From an uncultured Chloroflexia bacterium (GTDB lineage: Bacteria; Chloroflexota; Limnocylindria; Limnocylindrales; CSP1-4), in the NCBI GenBank assembly GCA_963828965.1, contig CAWHGL010000005.1, positions 180,352 through 244,351 of the forward strand: DNA of 64,000 bases. Direction: 5' to 3'. The translations under genes were made by a program, and so were the position numbers. Shown one piece after another: positions 12,338 through 23,516 of the stretch; the stretch's first letter is position 1; every line of letters begins with the position of its first letter. Below the pieces are notes generated by a model, which was not told where the DNA came from, did no database searches, and saw only the letters and a list, made by a program, of their open reading frames with translations.

Positions 12338-13153
12338 TCAGGCGGTCGCGCGGAGGGCCCAGGCGCGTGCCGAGAGCGGGATCGAGCCGTCCGCATCGGT
12401 CGGCAGCGTGGCCCGCAGGTGCGCGGCGAGCGCGGCCTGGCGATCCGGGTCCAGGCTCGCCACGTACGACGGCCCGGGTCCGGTGCCGCCGAGGAACGGC
12501 CCCCAGAAGTCGTCGAAATCGCGGAAGACGGTCGGCACCTCGATGGCCCGGACCTCGATCGCGGAGAGGCCCGCCGCCGTGGCGAGGCGCCGGAGCGGGT
12601 CGGGCGCACAGATGGCGAACCGGCTGCGCTCGTCGACCGCCCCCGAGGTCTGGTCCAGGGCCTGGGCCGCCGGGTCGAGCGCGACGGCCGCCGCCCAGAA
12701 CCGGCGCAGCATCTCCATCCCCTCCGCGTAGTCCCAGACGTAGAGCGCCACCGTCCCGCCGACGACGGTCACCCGGCGCATGTCGGCCAGCATCGCCTGC
12801 GGGTCCGGGGCGAAGTTGAGGGCCAGACCCGCGACGGTCGTGTCCGCAGCGTCGGCCTCGGCCGGGATGGCCTCGCCGCCACCGACGACGAAGCGCACCC
12901 GGGGATCCGCCACCCGCTCGCGGGCGACGGCCAGGAACGCGTCGGACGGATCCACGCCGAGGACGCTCGCCGGGTCGGTCGCGGTCAGGATCTCGCTCGT
13001 GAGCGCGCCCGTGCCGCAGCCGACGTCGATCCAGCGCCCGTCCGCCGGTCGATCCAGCCAGGCCACGAACGCGGCCGCGACGAGGCGGCTCCAGCGGCCC
13101 ATGTAGGCCTCGTAGGCGTTGCCGCTGGCCCAGGCGTCGTCGGGTGGAGTCAT
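12338..13153 (-). CDS. Class I SAM-dependent methyltransferase
   Basis: YEAYMGRWSR, motif I IDVGCGTGAL, GVDPS; GGAGG RBS before ATG 13153. Confidence 0.88.
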   Translation of the reverse strand: MTPPDDAWASGNAYEAYMGRWSRLVAAAFVAWLDRPADGRWIDVGCGTGALTSEILTATDPASVLGVDPSDAFLAVARERVADPRVRFVVGGGEAIPAEADAADTTVAGLALNFAPDPQAMLADMRRVTVVGGTVALYVWDYAEGMEMLRRFWAAAVALDPAAQALDQTSGAVDERSRFAICAPDPLRRLATAAGLSAIEVRAIEVPTVFRDFDDFWGPFLGGTGPGPSYVASLDPDRQAALAAHLRATLPTDADGSIPLSARAWALRATA

Positions 13154-13427
13154 GCCTCCGAGGATACGAGGTCGATGCCACCGCCCGGCGCGCCATCGGT
13201 CCATCTCAGACCCACGCTGGCACCCATATCGCTCCTCGCCGGAAGGACTGCGCCCGGATCGGGACGGGATCCGACGGATACCGACGCCGAGCGACCAAAA
13301 CGCTTCCGAGACGCCCGCCTGTCAGCCTCCCGGTCAAATCGGGCCCATGAGGGGCGCGCCGGGGATCGGGCCATGGACGCAGCGATCCTCCGATCAAGGC
13401 TCGTCCGATCGCCACCGAGGGAGAACG

Positions 13428-13844
13428 ATGCGTAACCGCACTCTCATCGCGCTCGCCATCGCCGCGATCGTCGCCCTCGCCGCCTGCTCCGGCAGCGGCT
13501 CCAGCCTCACCGGCAAGACCTGGCAGCTGACCGCGATGGGCCATCGGGTCGCGGGCGGTTTCGGTCCCGTGCCGGAGGCCGACCAGGCCAACTACACGAT
13601 CGAATTCACGTCGGACGGCAACTACCAGGCCAAGGCTGACTGCAACCAGACGTCCGGCACGTCCACGACGACCTCGGACGGCGGCCTGACCATCGAACCC
13701 GGCCCGACGACGCTGGTCGCCTGCCCGGGGGGCTCGTTGTCGGACGAGTACGTCCAGAGCCTCACCGATGCGTCGAGCTACGCGATCAAGGATGGCCAGC
13801 TGACGATCACGCTCAAGGACGGGTGGACACTCAGCTTCAAGTAG
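13428..13844 (+). CDS. META-domain lipoprotein (HslJ-like)
   Basis: Lipobox ALAAC; LTGKTWQL, ADCN, TTLVACP, YAIKDGQLTI. Confidence 0.78.
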   Translation: MRNRTLIALAIAAIVALAACSGSGSSLTGKTWQLTAMGHRVAGGFGPVPEADQANYTIEFTSDGNYQAKADCNQTSGTSTTTSDGGLTIEPGPTTLVACPGGSLSDEYVQSLTDASSYAIKDGQLTITLKDGWTLSFK

Positions 13845-13949
13845 GCCGATCCCCGAGCCAACGAGCGGCGGCGCCGTGCAGGACCGTGCGGCCGTCGCGG
13901 ATGCCATTTCCAGCATGAGACGCACGCGACCGACTACCATCGCGCTCCC

Positions 13950-15602
13950 ATGACCGAGCGATCCCGCTACTACCTCACGACCGCCATCGCGTACGCGAAC
14001 AACAAGCCCGGCCTGCACACCCTGTACGAGGTGATCGGGGCGGACGTCATCGCGCGCTGGCACCGGATGATCGGCGACGACACGCGCTTCCAGACCGGGA
14101 CCGACGAGCATTCGATCAACATCGCCCAGAGCGCCGTCGACGAGGGTCGGCCGGCCCGCGAGTTCGTCGACGAAAAGGTCGGCTACTTCCACGTCGCCGA
14201 GGACGCGCTCGCCATCAGCCCCGACCGATTCATCCGCACCACGGACCCCGATCACGTCCGCTCCGCGCAGGAGATGGTCCGGCGGGCCCACGCCAACGGC
14301 GACATCTACCTGGGCACGTACGAGGGCTGGTACTGCCCCAATGAGGGCTTCCGCAACGCGACCGACGTCCAGGAGACCGCACGCGGCACGATCTGTCCCA
14401 ACCACCCCGACGTGCCCCTCCAGTGGCTGACCGAGCGGAACTGGTTCTTCCGCCTGTCGGCCTACCAGGAGCGCCTCGAGCGGTACTTCGCTGATCACCC
14501 CGACTTCGTGCAGCCCGACTACCGGCGCAACGAGATGCTCGGGTTCATCCGCGGCGGACTCGAGGACTTCTCGATCTCGCGCGAGCGCACGCCCGGCGGC
14601 TGGGGCATCCCGTTCCCGATCGCGGAGAACGGCGAGGGCGCGCTGCGCGAGGACGGCTCGTGGGATCCCGAGGCCGGGGTCATCTACGTCTGGTACGACG
14701 CGCTGATCAACTACCTCACCGGCGCCGGCTTCCCGGACGACCCGGAGGCGGTCGCCCGGTGGTGGCCGGCGGACCTGCACGTCATCGGCAAGGACATCGC
14801 GCGCTTCCACACGATCTTCTGGCCGGCGATGCTGTGGAGCGCGGGCCTCGAGGCGCCGCGCCACGTGTGGGTCCACGGCTGGCTGCTCGCTGCCGGCGGC
14901 GAGCGCATGAGCAAGAGCCGCGGCAACTTCATGGACCCCAACGACTTCGTCGCGTCGTTCGGCCAGGACGGCGCGCGCTACGTCGTGCTGCGCGAGGTGC
15001 CCTTCGACCGCGACGCCGAGGTCTCGTGGGATTCGTTCGTGCGCCGCTACAACGCCGATCTCGCGAACGACTTCGGCAATCTCGTGAACCGCACGGTCTC
15101 GATGACGAACCGCTATCTCGACGGGGAACGCCCGGCGCCCCGGCCGGCAGCGTCGTCGTCGCTGGCCGAGGCCTGGGCGGCCACACCCGGGCGCTACGGC
15201 GAGCGGCTCGCGGGCTGTCTGCTGCATGAGGCGCTCGCCGAGCTGTGGGCGTTCGTCGGCGCCGCCAACAAGCTCGTCGACGCCGAGCAGCCGTGGGCCC
15301 TGGCGAAGGCCTGGAAGGCGGGCGACGAGGCAGCCGGGGAGCAGCTGCGCGGCGTGCTGGGCGACCTCCTCGAGGCGTGCCGGCTGATCGGCCTGGCCGT
15401 CGCGCCGTTCATGCCCGCGACCGCGCCGCTCGTCCTCGCCCAGCTCGGTCACGCATTCGACTACGCCGCGGACGGCAACGCGGGGCCGCCGCTCCTGGAC
15501 GAGCTGCGCTGGGGCGCCCATGCCGACCTTCCCGGACGCGTCAGCGCACCCGAGCCCCTCTTCCCGCGCCTCGAGACCGAGACCACGGCGGACGCGGGCT
15601 AA
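13950..15602 (+). CDS. metG: Methionyl-tRNA synthetase (short form)
   Basis: YYLTTAIAYAN, HIGH-like PGLHTL, TGTDEH, YVWYDAL, IGKDIARFH, KMSKS-like RMSKSRGN, ELANDFGNL-type anticodon domain. Confidence 0.95.
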   Translation: MTERSRYYLTTAIAYANNKPGLHTLYEVIGADVIARWHRMIGDDTRFQTGTDEHSINIAQSAVDEGRPAREFVDEKVGYFHVAEDALAISPDRFIRTTDPDHVRSAQEMVRRAHANGDIYLGTYEGWYCPNEGFRNATDVQETARGTICPNHPDVPLQWLTERNWFFRLSAYQERLERYFADHPDFVQPDYRRNEMLGFIRGGLEDFSISRERTPGGWGIPFPIAENGEGALREDGSWDPEAGVIYVWYDALINYLTGAGFPDDPEAVARWWPADLHVIGKDIARFHTIFWPAMLWSAGLEAPRHVWVHGWLLAAGGERMSKSRGNFMDPNDFVASFGQDGARYVVLREVPFDRDAEVSWDSFVRRYNADLANDFGNLVNRTVSMTNRYLDGERPAPRPAASSSLAEAWAATPGRYGERLAGCLLHEALAELWAFVGAANKLVDAEQPWALAKAWKAGDEAAGEQLRGVLGDLLEACRLIGLAVAPFMPATAPLVLAQLGHAFDYAADGNAGPPLLDELRWGAHADLPGRVSAPEPLFPRLETETTADAG

Positions 15603-15641
15603 CCACTCGCACGGCGGGCGCCGCTCCCTACCATGACCGCC

Positions 15642-16445
15642 ATGCGCCTCGTCGACTCACATGGGCACCTCAACGCCGACCGGTTCGCGGACGATGCCGA
15701 GCTGGTGGCCGGGGCGGCGCGGCTGGCCGGCGTCGAACGCATCCTCGTCCCCGGCTGGAACGTGGCCTCGAGCGAGCGGGCGCTCGCGCTGGTGGAGGCG
15801 CTGCCGTGGCTCGATGCGGCGGTCGGCGTCCATCCACACGACGCCGCCAAGGTCGACGAAAGCGGCTGGGATCGGATCGTCGCGTGGGCCGGCGACCCCA
15901 CGGTCCTCGCGATCGGCGAGACCGGGCTCGACTACGACCGAGTCTTCAGCCCGATCCCGGATCAGCTGACCAACCTGCGCCGGAACCTGGCCCTCGCGGC
16001 CGAGACCGGAAAGCCCGCCATCCTCCACTGCCGCTCGGCGGCGGGTCGGCGCGATGCCCAGGACGCCCTGCTCGCCGAAGTTCGCTCGATGGGGGAGGGG
16101 CGGCCGGCGGTCGTCATCCACTCCTTCTCCGGGCCGGTCGATTACGCGGAGGCGATGCTGGAGCTCGGCGCTGTCGTCAGCTTCTCGGGGCTCGTCTTCC
16201 GGCGCGGGGAAGAGGCATCGGCGGAGGTCGCGGCGCTGGCCCCGCTCGACCGGGTCCTCGTCGAGACCGACTCGCCGTTCCTTGCACCCCCCGGCGCCCC
16301 GCGGTCGCGGAATGAGCCCGAGTGGGTCCGCATCACCGCGGACTGGCTCGCCGATCGCAAAGGCCTCGTGGACGACGCCGGCCGCGCCCGGCTCGGCGGC
16401 GCCCTCGTCGCGACCTACGACCGGACCTTCCGTCGCGACCGTTGA
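15642..16445 (+). CDS. tatD: TatD family metal-dependent nuclease/hydrolase
   Basis: DSHGHL, GVHPH, IGETGLDY, ILHCR, VIHSFSG, ETDSPFLAP; classic metG-tatD order. Confidence 0.9.
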   Translation: MRLVDSHGHLNADRFADDAELVAGAARLAGVERILVPGWNVASSERALALVEALPWLDAAVGVHPHDAAKVDESGWDRIVAWAGDPTVLAIGETGLDYDRVFSPIPDQLTNLRRNLALAAETGKPAILHCRSAAGRRDAQDALLAEVRSMGEGRPAVVIHSFSGPVDYAEAMLELGAVVSFSGLVFRRGEEASAEVAALAPLDRVLVETDSPFLAPPGAPRSRNEPEWVRITADWLADRKGLVDDAGRARLGGALVATYDRTFRRDR

Positions 16446-16450
16446 GACCG

Positions 16451-16945
16451 ATGCGCGGGCTCGGGGCGGGCGTCATCGTCATCGCGGCGATCACCGGCTG
16501 CGCCCTCACGCCGGCGCCGAGCGGCCCATGTCTTGAGGCGATACCCGAGATCGCCAACCTCGAGTACGACCGGATCGCTCGGGTGGAGCTCGACATCCAG
16601 GGCGACACGGAGGTCGTCCGCTTCGTCTTCGATCCGACCGATCGCGGCTTCGGGAGCGTGACGGCCGAGCCGGCGCAGGGCCCGTTCGTGCACGCCGCGT
16701 TCGACGAGGCGGTCACGCCGATGGGCGACCAGCTGACGAGCGTCAAGTTCGAAGGACTCTCGGGCGTCGGTCAGGCCGACCGGCTCCGAGCCGATCCCAC
16801 CGACGGCGCGCCTGTCCGTGAGGTCGTCCAGGTCGCGGACCGGAACTTCACGCGGTTCATCGTCGGGACGGTCGCGGGCGCGTGTCTGCGGCTGCGGGTC
16901 GATCCGCAGCTCGCGACCGTGGCGTTGCTGGTGAGCCCGCGCTGA
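16451..16945 (+). CDS. Hypothetical lipoprotein (possible AMIN-like beta domain)
   Basis: Lipobox ITGC, GC-rich codon style, beta-rich body with two further Cys. Confidence 0.6.
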   Translation: MRGLGAGVIVIAAITGCALTPAPSGPCLEAIPEIANLEYDRIARVELDIQGDTEVVRFVFDPTDRGFGSVTAEPAQGPFVHAAFDEAVTPMGDQLTSVKFEGLSGVGQADRLRADPTDGAPVREVVQVADRNFTRFIVGTVAGACLRLRVDPQLATVALLVSPR

Positions 16946-17058
16946 CGTTCCCGGGAGACCGACGACGGACAGCGTCACGGATCGCTGCCACACTGGCGTC
17001 CCACCCATGAGAGCGCCCCCCGCGCCCCAGGACGCGCGCGTGCGTCACGGAGGATCAC

Positions 17059-17751
17059 GTGAACCATGGACCCCGCCGCTCCATCCCGCTGACCGGCGTC
17101 ATCATGCTCGTGGCGGCGGTCGCGGCCGCGTGCGGATCCACGGCCGCCAGCGCGAGTCCTTCCGCCTCGAGCAACGTCCCATCGCCGACCGCGGTCCCGA
17201 CGCCGGCCCCGAGCGCGGTGCCCTCGGAGGCACCATCGGCCACGACGGCGCCGACGGCGACACCGACCGTGGCGCCCAGCCCGTCGCCCGTGGCTGAGGT
17301 CTGCCCGATCGCCCCGCAGACCGGCCGCCTGCCGTCCGACCGGATGACCGGCGTTACGATCTCCTCGTCGCCGACCGCCGATCTGGTCACGTTCACCTTC
17401 GGGAACATGTCCGTGTCGGATCCGCCGCAGGGCGTATCCGAGGGGTCGCTCCAGGCGGCGGTCGCGCCGTACACTCAGGCCGGCAGCGGGGCCGAGATGG
17501 CCATCACCGGCGAGCACGTCGCCCAGATCCGGTTCTCCGGGATGTCGCTCTCCAACGACGCCGGTGAGCTGACCTACGACGGTCCGCTGGAGCTGACTGG
17601 CGATCGCGCCGCTGCCCTCCGCGTGGTGAGCAACTACGACATGTCCGAGGGTGTCGTCGGCTGGTATGTCGGGTATGACGGCAACGGCTGTGTGACCCTG
17701 ACCTCGGATGCCACCAGCGTGACCGTCGCCATCGACCACCCCGCGAGCTGA
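17059..17751 (+). CDS. Hypothetical lipoprotein with Ser/Pro/Thr linker and AMIN-like domain
   Basis: GGAGG RBS at 17049, lipobox AAAC, SPT-rich linker, EGVVGWYVG near the C-terminus. Confidence 0.65.
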   Translation: MNHGPRRSIPLTGVIMLVAAVAAACGSTAASASPSASSNVPSPTAVPTPAPSAVPSEAPSATTAPTATPTVAPSPSPVAEVCPIAPQTGRLPSDRMTGVTISSSPTADLVTFTFGNMSVSDPPQGVSEGSLQAAVAPYTQAGSGAEMAITGEHVAQIRFSGMSLSNDAGELTYDGPLELTGDRAAALRVVSNYDMSEGVVGWYVGYDGNGCVTLTSDATSVTVAIDHPAS

Positions 17752-17780
17752 GACCCGCGCGCGTCGCGGTGCGCGCCGGG

Positions 17781-17810
17781 TTGACAGGCGCGTGACGGGT
17801 TCGCTACAGT
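17781..17810 (+). promoter_or_regulatory. Sigma70-type promoter of groES-groEL
   Basis: TTGACA (17781-17786), 18-nt spacer, TACAGT (17805-17810). Confidence 0.8.
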
Positions 17811-17815
17811 CTCCC

Positions 17816-17842
17816 TTAGCACTCTCCACCATAGAGTGCTAA
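17816..17842 (+). promoter_or_regulatory. CIRCE operator (HrcA binding site)
   Basis: Perfect TTAGCACTC-N9-GAGTGCTAA just downstream of the -10 box, upstream of groES. Confidence 0.97.
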
Positions 17843-18029
17843 CGCATCGATCCACCACCCGACGACAACGGGCCGGGACAAGCCGGCGGAGGGCGTCGAG
17901 GTTGGTCCGCGACGGTGCACGACGACATGCAGGGGATCAGCGGTCCGCGCCATCCGGCCAGCCGACCGCCGAGCCCCACCGGAACCATGCCCGGCGGCCG
18001 GCCCTGGCCGTCACAGGAGGTACTGCACG

Positions 18030-20032
<2,003 letters not shown>

Positions 20033-20090
20033 GAGCCCAGACCCGGTCCGCCAGCGACGATCGCTGACGGACGCACGCACGAAACGCCTT

Positions 20091-20127
20091 CAGGGGCGGG
20101 TATCCCATCCGGGAATGCCCGCCCCTG
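20091..20127 (+). terminator. GC-rich hairpin downstream of groEL (probable terminator)
   Basis: CAGGGGCGGG...CCCGCCCCTG perfect 10-bp outer stem plus inner TCCC/GGGA; no U-tract. Confidence 0.55.
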
Positions 20128-20237
20128 TCGCTACCCGTGTTGCTACTCGAACCGAAACGGGCCATGCCATCACGCGGCACGGAGCTGGCTTCCAAGCCAT
20201 CGCCGACGCGCTGGTGCCGTTCGCTATCCTCCGAAGG

Positions 20238-21575
20238 GTGATTCCGGAGACGCAGTACGCTCAGGTTGACGGCCTCTACCTCGCCTATCAGGTCCTCGGC
20301 GAGGGGGCCATCGATCTCGTGCTCGCTGATCAGTGGACGAGTCATCAGGAAGCGCAGTGGGACGTGCCCCCGGTCGCGGAGCTGCGTCGACGACTCGCAA
20401 AGATCGGGCGACTCATCCTGTTCGACAAGCGCGGCGTCGGCATGTCCGATCCGGTGGCCATCCAGTCGCTGCCGGCGATCGAGGCCTGGATCGACGATGT
20501 CCGCGCGGTCATGGACGCCGCCCGCTGCGATCGTGCCACGCTGATCACCACCCTGGGCGGCGGGCTGATGGGGCTCGTCTTCGCCGCGACCCATCCCGAT
20601 CGGCTGCGGGCCCTCATCGTGGTCGACGGCTGGGCACGCGCCCGGGCCGACACCGACTATCCCATCGGCCTGTCGCCCGAGGAGGTCGACCGGAGACTTG
20701 ATCAGACAGCGACGGGCTGGGGCCGGGCCGTGATGCTCGACAACTTCGCGCCGAGCATGCGGGCCACGCCCGGCCTGCGCGAGGCCTGGGCACGCTATGA
20801 GCGATACGCGGCGAGTCCGGGCGTTGCGAGGGCGATGATCGGGAACCTGCTGGACATGGACGTCCGGCACGTCCTGCCGGCGATCCACGTCCCGACACTC
20901 GTCATCTCGCACGCCGACGCGGCGGCCTTCGGGCCGCCTTACGGTCGATACATCGCGGAGCACATCGACGGCGCACGGTTCGTCGAGGTACCCGGGATCG
21001 ACAACCTCATGTGGGCAGGCGACCAGGCGGCCGTCGTCGCGGAGGTCTCCTCCTTCGTCACCGGCGCCCATTCGCTCCGGACCGAGGATCGTCGCCTCGC
21101 CACGGTGCTCTTCACGGACATCGTCGGGTCGACGATGCGGGCGGCCGAGATCGGCGACCGCGCCTGGCGCGAGCTCCTCGATCGCCACGATTCCCTCGTC
21201 CGTTCATGCATCGAGCGAGCGGGCGGTCACCTCGTCAAGACGACCGGCGACGGGGTCCTCGCGACGTTCGACGGGCCGGGCCGTGCCCTCGAGGCCTCGC
21301 GCGAGATCTCGTCGAGCGCGCCGAGTCTCGACCTGCATGTTCGGGCTGGCCTGCATGCCGGCGAGATCGAGACGACCGACGACGACGTCGCGGGACTGGC
21401 CGTGCACGTCGCGGCTCGCGTGTCCGCGCTCGCTGGTCCGGACGAGGTGCTCGTGAGCAGCACCGTTCGAGACCTCGTGGTCGGTTCGGGTGTGGCGTTC
21501 ATCGATCGTGGCAGCCGCGTCCTGAAGGGCGTGCCAGGTCGGTGGCGCATCTACGCGGCGGAATTCAGAGCCTGA
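20238..21575 (+). CDS. Alpha/beta-hydrolase-fold plus class III adenylate cyclase fusion (LipJ/Rv1900c-like architecture)
   Basis: N-terminal AYQVLGEG, FDKRGVGMSD; C-terminal ATVLFTDIVGST, KTTGDG, RAGLHAGE, AVHVAARV, LKGVPGRW. Confidence 0.88.
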   Translation: MIPETQYAQVDGLYLAYQVLGEGAIDLVLADQWTSHQEAQWDVPPVAELRRRLAKIGRLILFDKRGVGMSDPVAIQSLPAIEAWIDDVRAVMDAARCDRATLITTLGGGLMGLVFAATHPDRLRALIVVDGWARARADTDYPIGLSPEEVDRRLDQTATGWGRAVMLDNFAPSMRATPGLREAWARYERYAASPGVARAMIGNLLDMDVRHVLPAIHVPTLVISHADAAAFGPPYGRYIAEHIDGARFVEVPGIDNLMWAGDQAAVVAEVSSFVTGAHSLRTEDRRLATVLFTDIVGSTMRAAEIGDRAWRELLDRHDSLVRSCIERAGGHLVKTTGDGVLATFDGPGRALEASREISSSAPSLDLHVRAGLHAGEIETTDDDVAGLAVHVAARVSALAGPDEVLVSSTVRDLVVGSGVAFIDRGSRVLKGVPGRWRIYAAEFRA

Positions 21576-21735
21576 TCCTCGCGAGTTGCCTCCTGCCCTC
21601 CGGCCGGCGGGTCGGGATGACCTAGCGGCTGCGAGCCCACCGACATGGCGGCGGCCGAGCGGCGTAGGCTTGTCGTGCTTGGAACGCGCCGCAATCCACG
21701 GGCGCGACCAGCCAATCGACCGGGAGTTTCCACGC

Positions 21736-22476
21736 ATGGGCAAGACAGTCGTTCTCGCATATTTCCCCGATGAGGATTCCGCCGACGACGCGGTCGAGTC
21801 GCTCAAGGCCTGGGACGCCATCGACCCGCAGGTCAAGCTCAACGCCATCGGCGTCCTCGTGCTCGACAAGGACGGTCACGTCAAGAACCACAAGATCGGT
21901 CGCCGCACGGTCGGCAAGGGCGCCGGGATCGGGTTGATCCTTGCGATGCTGACGCCCGTAGGGCTCGGCGCGGTCGTCGCCGGCGGCGCCCTCGGGGCCC
22001 TCCACCGCAAGAAGCTTGGCATCAAGTCCGAGCAGCAGGAGGACGTCGCGGCGCAGCTGGCCGGGGGCAAGGCCGCCGTGGGCGTCCTCGTCGCCGACGA
22101 TCAGGCGCCGTCGGTGACGGAGAAGCTCACCGACCTTGGCGGCACGGCCACGACCGTCGACGTTCCTGAGGAGACTCTGGCGGAGGCCGAGCAGGCTGCG
22201 CCGCAGATCGAAGAAGAGACCGTTGCCGCCGGTGACGACCTCTCGATCATCGACGGGATCGGTCAGCGCTACGCGGACACCTTGAAGGCGGGTGGCGTCA
22301 CGACCTTCGAAGCGCTTGCCGCTTTGTCACCGGAGCAGATCGAGTCGCAGCTGTCAGCCGGGGGCACCCCGCTGTTCGCCGGGCAGACCGCGGCGACGTG
22401 GCCTCGTCAGGCCCGCTACGCCGCGAACGGCGATTGGTCGGCGTTGCGCCGCTACGTCGACTCGACCAAGGCCTAG
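21736..22476 (+). CDS. DUF1269-like domain fused to a helix-hairpin-helix domain
   Basis: GVLVLDKDG, glycine zipper, then DDLSIIDGIGQRYADTLKAGGVTTF and WPRQA. Confidence 0.7.
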   Translation: MGKTVVLAYFPDEDSADDAVESLKAWDAIDPQVKLNAIGVLVLDKDGHVKNHKIGRRTVGKGAGIGLILAMLTPVGLGAVVAGGALGALHRKKLGIKSEQQEDVAAQLAGGKAAVGVLVADDQAPSVTEKLTDLGGTATTVDVPEETLAEAEQAAPQIEEETVAAGDDLSIIDGIGQRYADTLKAGGVTTFEALAALSPEQIESQLSAGGTPLFAGQTAATWPRQARYAANGDWSALRRYVDSTKA

Positions 22477-22498
22477 CCCACTCGTCCTCGACACAAGC

Positions 22499-22532
22499 GA
22501 ACGCCCCCGGCACCTCGGTGCCGGGGGCGTTC
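22499..22532. terminator. Strong hairpin between convergent genes (probable bidirectional terminator)
   Basis: GAACGCCCCCGGCAC-CTCG-GTGCCGGGGGCGTTC, perfect 15-bp stem. Confidence 0.75.
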
Positions 22533-22552
22533 TCGATTCGCGCTCGGGATGG

Positions 22553-22822
22553 TCAGGCCGGGCGCCCGACGGCGGTCATGCGGGCCACCACCATGTCGGT
22601 CTCGCGCCGACCCTCAGGGGAGGCGAGGTAGCTGGCGATGATCGCCTCGGCCTCGGGGGAGGGCAGCATCCGCTCCAGGTGTCGGCGTCGTCGAGCCTCG
22701 AGAGCGGCCTCGATCTGATCCGGGCTGATGGTGGCGGGCGCGCCACGATGCGATGGCAGCCAGCGCGCGGTGGTCCGGCTGGTCGAGTACCAACTCATCA
22801 TGTCGTTCAACAGGCGGGTCAT
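22553..22822 (-). CDS. Small hypothetical protein (89 aa)
   Basis: GGAGG upstream of ATG 22822; protein-like helical content (QIEAALEARRRRHLERML); ends next to the terminator. Confidence 0.5.
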   Translation of the reverse strand: MTRLLNDMMSWYSTSRTTARWLPSHRGAPATISPDQIEAALEARRRRHLERMLPSPEAEAIIASYLASPEGRRETDMVVARMTAVGRPA

Positions 22823-23398
22823 GGCGGTGTGTGAACCTCCGGGCGACTGGGGAGCGAAGCGGAGGCCCACAGCGTGCGGCCGCAGCCGGTCATCGGTCGT
22901 CGGCCCGGAGGTCCCCGATCGGCGCGACGATGGTCCGGCGCCTGCGTGCACCGCCCGTCGGCGCCAGCCATGGCGCTTCCAGCGTGTCGCGGACATGGGG
23001 ATATGAGGCCCCGGACCTGTCCACCGCGGGGGACGATGTGTGTTCCGGGACCTCATCATCGCCAACGACCCATCCCTCGTCGACGTTAGGGCGGTCGGTG
23101 CGTCGCGACACCGCAGAGCTGCTGCCTCGGCGTTCGCAGCAGCCCTCTTGACCACGATCGGGCGACGGGGCCATAGTCGGGGCACCTCGTGCCTGTCGAA
23201 GCGAGGGGGCTGCCCAGGCCCCGCGGCGGCGCAGCCCAGAGGCGATATCCGGGGGGTCTGGAGGATCGCCGACGTGCGGACCGACGCGTTCGGTGCCGAC
23301 ACGCGCCCGCGCCACGCCGCGGTCGACCGAGCCCTGGTGCGATCTGGTGGCTCCGCTCCTCGGTGCGCCCGTTCCGCTCGCCGGTTTTCGTGACCGGG

Positions 23399-23435
23399 CG
23401 ACGAGTCCGGGTGCCCTGAACGCCCGGACTCGTCG
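23399..23435. other. Inverted repeat / hairpin in long intergenic region
   Basis: CGACGAGTCCGGG...CCCGGACTCGTCG, 13-bp perfect stem extendable to 15 bp. Confidence 0.6.
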
Positions 23436-23516
23436 ACTCGATCGATCCGCCGAGCGCGAGCCCACGGGGGACAGCGGTCGTTTGACAGGATGGTCCTGCC
23501 CCCCGAGGCTGCAGCC

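Noticed and set aside
20128-20150. GCTACCCGTGTTGCTACT short repeat resembling integrase arm-type sites after groEL
   Set aside because: Only two 5-6 nt units, no integrase and no partner site found.
23395-23440. GAGTCCGGG resembling the RNase P RNA conserved GAAAGTCCGGG
   Set aside because: The preceding GAGGAAA and the 3' conserved region are absent; it is just one arm of an inverted repeat.
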